DNA from: Vicinamibacteraceae bacterium
GTDB taxonomy: Bacteria; Acidobacteriota; Vicinamibacteria; Vicinamibacterales; JAFNAJ01
Direction of reading: 5' to 3'
Length of the DNA stretch: 49,717 nucleotides
Assembly (NCBI GenBank): GCA_023384595.1
Contig: JAHDVQ010000006.1
Location: 13,339-63,055, forward strand
Position numbers and translations under genes: made by a program
The notes under the pieces: model-generated
Told to the model about the DNA's origin: nothing
What the model saw: only the letters and a program-made list of their open reading frames with translations
Database searches by the model: none
Shown: positions 44,991 to 49,717 of the stretch, piece by piece
Layout of the letters: each line of letters opens with the position of its first letter
Numbering within the stretch: position 1 is the stretch's first letter

Positions 44991-45545
44991 ATGCGTCTCT
45001 CGCTCACCGGCCGCAACGTCGAGGTCACTCCGGCGCTGCGCCAGCAGGTCTCCCGCCAGATCCAGAAGCTCGAGCGCGTGGCCGGCGACATGGCCGTCTC
45101 GGCGCAGGTCGTCCTGGCCCGCGAGCGCTTCCGCTGCCTCACCACCGTCACCCTGCATGCGCGCGGCGACCGCGTCCTCACCGGCCTCGGCGATGCGACC
45201 ACCTGGCTCGCGTCGATCAAGGAGGCCTGCGAGAGCCTCGAGAAGCAGACGCGGAAGGTGAAGGAGAAGTGGACCACGCGCAAGCGCCGGGCCACGGGAG
45301 GGAAGCGCCTGCCCGTGCCGCCCGAGGCCGCCGGCGCAGCCCCGCCGCTCGACGCCGCGACGCTCGGTCCGCGCATCATCCGCGCCCGTCACCTCGTGCG
45401 CAGTCTCAGCCTCGACGCCGCGCGCGCCAGGCTCGCGAAGTCGTCCGACGAGTTCCTGGTCTTCCGCAACAGCGAGACCGGCCGGACGGCGGTCCTCGTG
45501 CGGCGGCAGGACGGCAACTTCGGCCTCATCGAACCCGAGGCCTGA
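44991..45545 (+). CDS. hpf: Ribosome hibernation promoting factor (long HPF / RaiA family)
   Basis: TGRNVEVTPALR, LEKQ..K.KEK and C-terminal FLVFRN...VLVRRQDGNFGLIEP; directly after rpoN. Confidence 0.88.
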   Translation: MRLSLTGRNVEVTPALRQQVSRQIQKLERVAGDMAVSAQVVLARERFRCLTTVTLHARGDRVLTGLGDATTWLASIKEACESLEKQTRKVKEKWTTRKRRATGGKRLPVPPEAAGAAPPLDAATLGPRIIRARHLVRSLSLDAARARLAKSSDEFLVFRNSETGRTAVLVRRQDGNFGLIEPEA

Positions 45546-45561
45546 GGCCGGCGGCGGTCGC

Positions 45562-46563
45562 ATGGCCTACACGCCGAGCCTGACGATTGGCGCATTGCTC
45601 GCCCGCGGCAGCGGCTTTGCCGGCCTCGAGCTGCGCCTGGTCGCCGGCGAGCACGGGCTCGAACGCCGCGTGTTGCACCCCGCCATTCAGAAGACGGGCC
45701 TGTCGCTCGCGGGCATGGCCGATTTCGTCCACGCCGGACGCGTCCTGATCTTCGGCGACAGCGAGGTGCAGTACCTCTCGAGCCTGCCGCCGAGCGCGCG
45801 CCGTCGCACGCTGGACGCCATCTTCCAGCACGACGTGCCCTGCGTCCTGGTCACCAACGGCCTCGAACCGCCCGCGGAGCTCCTCGACGCCGGCCAGGCG
45901 TCGAACGTGCCCATCCTGCTCACGTCGGCGACCACCGCCGCCGCCATCACGAAGATCACGGCCCTGCTCGACGATCGCCTCGCCCCGCGCGAGGTCGTCC
46001 ACGGCGTCCTGCTCGACATCCTCGGGCTGGGGACGCTGATCGTGGGTGACAGCGGCATCGGGAAGAGCGAGTGCGCGCTCGACCTCGTCGTGAGCGGTCA
46101 CCGGCTCGTGGCCGACGACGCCGTGGAGGTCCGGCGGCGCGCCGAATCGGTCCTCATCGGCTCGTGCCCGGAGCTCACGCGCCACCACATGGAGATTCGC
46201 GGCATCGGGCTCATCAACATCCGCGACATGTTCGGCGTCGCGTCGACGCGCCGATCGAAACGCGTCGAGTTCGTCGTGCAGCTCGAACGCTGGGACCCCG
46301 GACACGATTACGAACGGCTCGGACTCGATGACGCGTTCTACGAGCTGCTGGGCGTGGCCATTCCCATGGTGAGGATGCCCGTGGCGCCGGGGCGGAACCT
46401 GGCCGTCCTCGTGGAGGTCGCGGCGCGCAACCAGCTGCTGCGCGTGCGCGGTCAGCACGCCGCGCGCGCGCTCGTCGCGCGGGCCGATCGGCGGATCCTG
46501 GACGCCGAAGCCGGGCCGCTGCACGAGGACGACGAGGACGACGAGCAGGATCTCGAACGATGA
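45562..46563 (+). CDS. hprK: HPr(Ser) kinase/phosphorylase
   Basis: HGVLLD, Walker A GDSGIGKSE, HRLVADD, MEIRGIG and PVAPGRN...EVAARN. Confidence 0.96.
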   Translation: MAYTPSLTIGALLARGSGFAGLELRLVAGEHGLERRVLHPAIQKTGLSLAGMADFVHAGRVLIFGDSEVQYLSSLPPSARRRTLDAIFQHDVPCVLVTNGLEPPAELLDAGQASNVPILLTSATTAAAITKITALLDDRLAPREVVHGVLLDILGLGTLIVGDSGIGKSECALDLVVSGHRLVADDAVEVRRRAESVLIGSCPELTRHHMEIRGIGLINIRDMFGVASTRRSKRVEFVVQLERWDPGHDYERLGLDDAFYELLGVAIPMVRMPVAPGRNLAVLVEVAARNQLLRVRGQHAARALVARADRRILDAEAGPLHEDDEDDEQDLER

Positions 46564-47537
46564 CGCGAAAGAAGCCGGCTCAGCGCGCGCGCACAGGGAC
46601 GGCGGGGCGCGGGACCGTCACGCGCGCGGGCGCGCGGGCGGCCCGCCGGAGCGCGGGACCGTCGCCGGCGGCGTCGCGGCTGGTGGTCATCACGGGGCTC
46701 TCGGGCGCGGGGAAGACGCAGGCGATTCGCGCCCTCGAGGACCTCGGGTTCTTCTGCGTCGACAATCTCCCGATCACGCTGCTGCCGACCTTCGCCGAAC
46801 TGACATTGCGGGCGACGCACGAGTTCCCACGCGCGGCCGTGGTCATCGACGCGCGCGAGGGACGGCTCCTCGACGAGTTTCCAGTCACATGGCAGAAGAT
46901 CCGGCGGCAGAAGGAGCTGAACCCGACGCTCATCTTCCTCGAGGCGTCCGACGCCGCGCTGGTGCGCCGCTTCAGCGAGACCCGGAGGCCCCACCCGCTC
47001 GCCCCGGGCAGGTCGGTGGGCGAGGGCATCGAGGCCGAGCGCGAGCGTCTGGCCCCCCTGCGGCGCCTGGCCGACGCCATCATCGACACCTCCGACATGA
47101 CCGTACACGAGCTGAGGCGGGCGTTTCTCGACGACGCGCGCGGTCACCCGGTCCGGCACGGCCCGGTGGTGACGCTCCTCAGCTTCGGCTTCAAGCACGG
47201 GCTGCCGATCGACGCGGATCTCGTCTTCGACGTCCGCTTCCTCCCCAATCCCCACTTCCTTCCCGACCTGCGGCCGAAGACCGGCCGTGACAGGCCGGTG
47301 GTCGCCTACCTCGATCAGTTTCCCGAGACGGAGGCCTTCCTCGAGAAGACCGCCGACCTGCTGCGGTTTCTCCTGCCGCGCTACGCGAGCGAAGGCAAGA
47401 GCTACGTGACCGCGGCGATCGGCTGCACGGGTGGCCGGCATCGGTCGGTGGCGATGGCCGAGGCGCTTCGGACGCGCCTGGCCGACGTCGCCGGCATCCG
47501 ACTGCGCGTGCGGCATCGCGACATGGGGCTCGACTGA
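46560..47537 (+). CDS. rapZ: RNase adapter RapZ (YhbJ/YvcJ) family protein
   Basis: ITGLSGAGKT, EDLGFFCVDNLP, ETRRPHPL, SFGFKHG, DVRFLPNP and GCTGGRHRSV. Confidence 0.95.
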   Translation: MTRKKPAQRARTGTAGRGTVTRAGARAARRSAGPSPAASRLVVITGLSGAGKTQAIRALEDLGFFCVDNLPITLLPTFAELTLRATHEFPRAAVVIDAREGRLLDEFPVTWQKIRRQKELNPTLIFLEASDAALVRRFSETRRPHPLAPGRSVGEGIEAERERLAPLRRLADAIIDTSDMTVHELRRAFLDDARGHPVRHGPVVTLLSFGFKHGLPIDADLVFDVRFLPNPHFLPDLRPKTGRDRPVVAYLDQFPETEAFLEKTADLLRFLLPRYASEGKSYVTAAIGCTGGRHRSVAMAEALRTRLADVAGIRLRVRHRDMGLD

Positions 47538-47562
47538 CAGGGGGGCGAGCCCGGAGAGCGTC

Positions 47563-47997
47563 ATGCCCGTGACTCCACAGTCCCTCATCGGCGTCGTGGT
47601 CGTGACGCACGGCCAGCTCGCGACCGAGCTCGTCAACGCGGCCGAGACGATTGTCGGCGACCTGCCGCGGTTCGCGGCCGTCTCCATCGGTTGGCACGAT
47701 GATGTGGACGCGGCGCGCGAACAGATCGGCGCCGCCATCGAGCGGGTCCGCGGCGAGGCGGGCGTGCTGCTGCTGACCGACATGTTCGGCGGCACGCCAT
47801 CGAACCTCGCGCTCACGTTCCTCACCGAAGGGCGTGTCGAGGTGATGACCGGCGTGAACCTGCCCATGCTCATCAAACTCGCGGGACTCCGCAGTTCGGC
47901 CGATCTGCTCGGCGTCGCGCGCGAGATGCGCGAGCACGGCCGCAACGCCATCTGGGTCGCCTCGGATCTGCTGCGCGCCGAAGGGCCCACCCCGTGA
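47563..47997 (+). CDS. PTS EIIA component, mannose/fructose family
   Basis: IGVVVVTHG (phospho-His), LTDMFGGTPSN and GVNLPML. GGAG RBS before ATG 47563. Confidence 0.92.
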   Translation: MPVTPQSLIGVVVVTHGQLATELVNAAETIVGDLPRFAAVSIGWHDDVDAAREQIGAAIERVRGEAGVLLLTDMFGGTPSNLALTFLTEGRVEVMTGVNLPMLIKLAGLRSSADLLGVAREMREHGRNAIWVASDLLRAEGPTP

Positions 47998-48278
47998 CCA
48001 CGCGGGCGGTGACGATCGTCAACCCGCTCGGCATGCACGCGAGGGCCGCCGCACGGTTCGTCCGGACCGCCGCGGCGTACGCCTCGACGATTCACGTCGC
48101 ACGGGGCCGGCGCCAGATGGACGGCAAGAGCATCATGGGCCTCCTGCTGCTCTCGGCGCCGCGCGGCACCGAGATCGTCATCGTCGCCGAGGGGCCCGAT
48201 GAGGCCGCGGCCGTCGAAGCGCTCGCCCAGCTGGTGGCCAGAGGCTTCGACGAGGAGACGCCTGGCGCCGAAGGTTGA
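47994..48278 (+). CDS. ptsH: HPr family phosphocarrier
   Basis: NPLGMHARAA (His15) and DGKSIMGL (Ser46); GTGA overlap. Confidence 0.93.
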   Translation: MTTRAVTIVNPLGMHARAAARFVRTAAAYASTIHVARGRRQMDGKSIMGLLLLSAPRGTEIVIVAEGPDEAAAVEALAQLVARGFDEETPGAEG

Positions 48279-48315
48279 CCGTGCCGGGGCGGCATGGTAA
48301 GACCTGACCATCGCC

Positions 48316-49717
48316 ATGCCGCTGCCGATGTTCCCCGCCGGTCTCCTGCGGAGGCTCGCGGCCGCTGCCCTCTGCGTGGCGGCCTGGGGGGTCCCGTGCC
48401 GCGCCCAGACCCCCGGGGAACCAGGACGCCGCGCGGCTCCGGCGGCACCGCCGCGCAACATCGTCTTCATCCTGAGCGACGATCATCGGTACGACTTCAT
48501 GGGCTTCCATGAGCGGGCGCCGGACTTCCTCGAGACGCCGAGTCTCGACCGGCTGGCCGCCGAGGGGGCGCACGTCCGGAACGCCTTCGTCACCACCGCG
48601 CTGTGCTCGCCGAGCCGCGCCTCGATCCTCACGGGGCAGTACGCGCATCGCCACGGCGTCGTCGACAACACGTCGCCGATTCCCGAAGGGACCGTGTTCT
48701 TTCCGGAGGCGCTGCGCGAAGCCGGCTACAGGACCGCGTACATCGGCAAGTGGCACCTTGGCGAGGTCGACGACTCGCCGCAGCCGGGGTTCGATCACTG
48801 GGTGTCGTTCCGGGGCCAGGGCGTCTACGAGAACCCGGTGCTCAACGTCAACGGGGACAGGCAGGAGTCGCGAGGTTATACGACCGATATCCTCACCGAC
48901 CTCGCCCTCGAGTGGCTCGAGCGTCACCGCACCGAGGCCGGCGATCGTCCGTTCTTCCTGTACTTGTCGCACAAGGCGGTGCACGCGGAGTTCGTGCCCG
49001 CGGCCCGTCATCGCGGACGGTACGCGAAGGTCGCCATCCCGTCTCCCGAGACGATGGCCGACACCGAGACCGCGCGCCGGGAGAAGCCGCGGTGGGTGAG
49101 GGAGCAGCGCTACAGCTGGCACGGCGTCGAGCACATGTATCACGGCGCCATGCAGTTCGACGACTTCTACCGCGCGTATGCGGAAACGCTGCTGGCGCTC
49201 GACGAGAGCATCGGGCGGGTCATGGCGTACCTCGAGCGCGTCGGGCTCTCCGACTCGACGCTCGTCGTCTACATGGGCGACAACGGGTTCCTGCTGGGTG
49301 AGCACGGGCTCATCGACAAGCGCAACGCCTACGAGGAGAGCATGCGGGTCCCCATGCTCGCGTGGGCGCCCGGCCTCATCCCGCGGGGATCGGCGGTGCA
49401 GACCGTCGTCCGCAACATCGACGTCGCGCCGACGCTGCTCGACGTCGCCGGTCTTCCGGCCTCGGCGCGCATGGACGGTCGATCGGTGCTCCCCGCGCTG
49501 CGCGGGGAGCCTCAGGCCGGCGATGGGGAAGTGCTCTACGAGTACTACTGGGAGTACGCCTTTCCGCACACGCCCACGACGCTCGCCCTGCGCACGGATC
49601 GGTACAAGTTCATCTACTACCCAGGCGTGTGGGACCGCCAGGAACTGTACGACCTCGAACGGGATCCGCGCGAAACGCGCAACCTCGTGGACGAACCGGC
49701 CCACCGCGAGCGGGTCA
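48316..49717 (+). CDS. Secreted Cys-type formylglycine sulfatase (N-acetylglucosamine-6-sulfatase-like), 3' truncated by the window
   Basis: Not in the ORF track; translated by hand: signal peptide, RNIVFILSDDHR, LCSPSRASILTG, YIGKWHLG, SHKAVH, MGDNG, GEHGLIDKR and ELYDL..DP.E..NL. Alternative ATG at 48328. Confidence 0.92.
   Translation, partial: MPLPMFPAGLLRRLAAAALCVAAWGVPCRAQTPGEPGRRAAPAAPPRNIVFILSDDHRYDFMGFHERAPDFLETPSLDRLAAEGAHVRNAFVTTALCSPSRASILTGQYAHRHGVVDNTSPIPEGTVFFPEALREAGYRTAYIGKWHLGEVDDSPQPGFDHWVSFRGQGVYENPVLNVNGDRQESRGYTTDILTDLALEWLERHRTEAGDRPFFLYLSHKAVHAEFVPAARHRGRYAKVAIPSPETMADTETARREKPRWVREQRYSWHGVEHMYHGAMQFDDFYRAYAETLLALDESIGRVMAYLERVGLSDSTLVVYMGDNGFLLGEHGLIDKRNAYEESMRVPMLAWAPGLIPRGSAVQTVVRNIDVAPTLLDVAGLPASARMDGRSVLPALRGEPQAGDGEVLYEYYWEYAFPHTPTTLALRTDRYKFIYYPGVWDRQELYDLERDPRETRNLVDEPAHRERV

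Noticed and set aside
1-49717. CRISPR arrays, tRNA/rRNA, IS/integrase/prophage and defence genes
   Set aside because: Intergenic gaps are all short (about 120 nt or less). I saw no repeat-spacer pattern, cloverleaf or recombinase motif by eye; small ncRNAs cannot be excluded without an Infernal/Rfam scan.

Overview
This is a very GC-rich (roughly 70%, by eye) bacterial chromosomal segment with about 39 tightly packed genes. Gene content and order suggest Acidobacteriota, probably Vicinamibacteria; this is an inference, not a search result. The left ~19 kb is accessory: two amidohydrolases, DUF362, an M28 peptidase, a Tat-exported MBL-fold hydrolase, MATE, an ATGA-coupled run (dienelactone hydrolase / swivel-first LeuD-LeuC fusion / ECF sigma / zinc-finger-TM-TPR anti-sigma), an alkaline phosphatase, Yip1-DUF2752-PP2C and an alpha/beta hydrolase. 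The right ~30 kb is mostly housekeeping: mutS, tsaB-rimI, DUF465-psd-pssA, a ~1300-aa histidine kinase, a PLP aminotransferase, a PQQ-repeat propeller, guaA-dnaE-accA-recJ-lptC/A fusion-lptB-rpoN-hpf-hprK-rapZ-EIIA-ptsH, and a truncated sulfatase. I saw no rRNA, tRNA, CRISPR array, transposase or phage gene. The best leads are the domain-permuted single-chain aconitase-family enzyme and its operon, an ECF-type promoter motif inside the sigma gene, the 733-aa single-chain Lpt bridge, a 30-bp perfect GTAG palindrome that supplies the mutS stop codon, and several overlapping, leaderless or intragenic sigma70-type promoters. All family calls come from motif recognition only.
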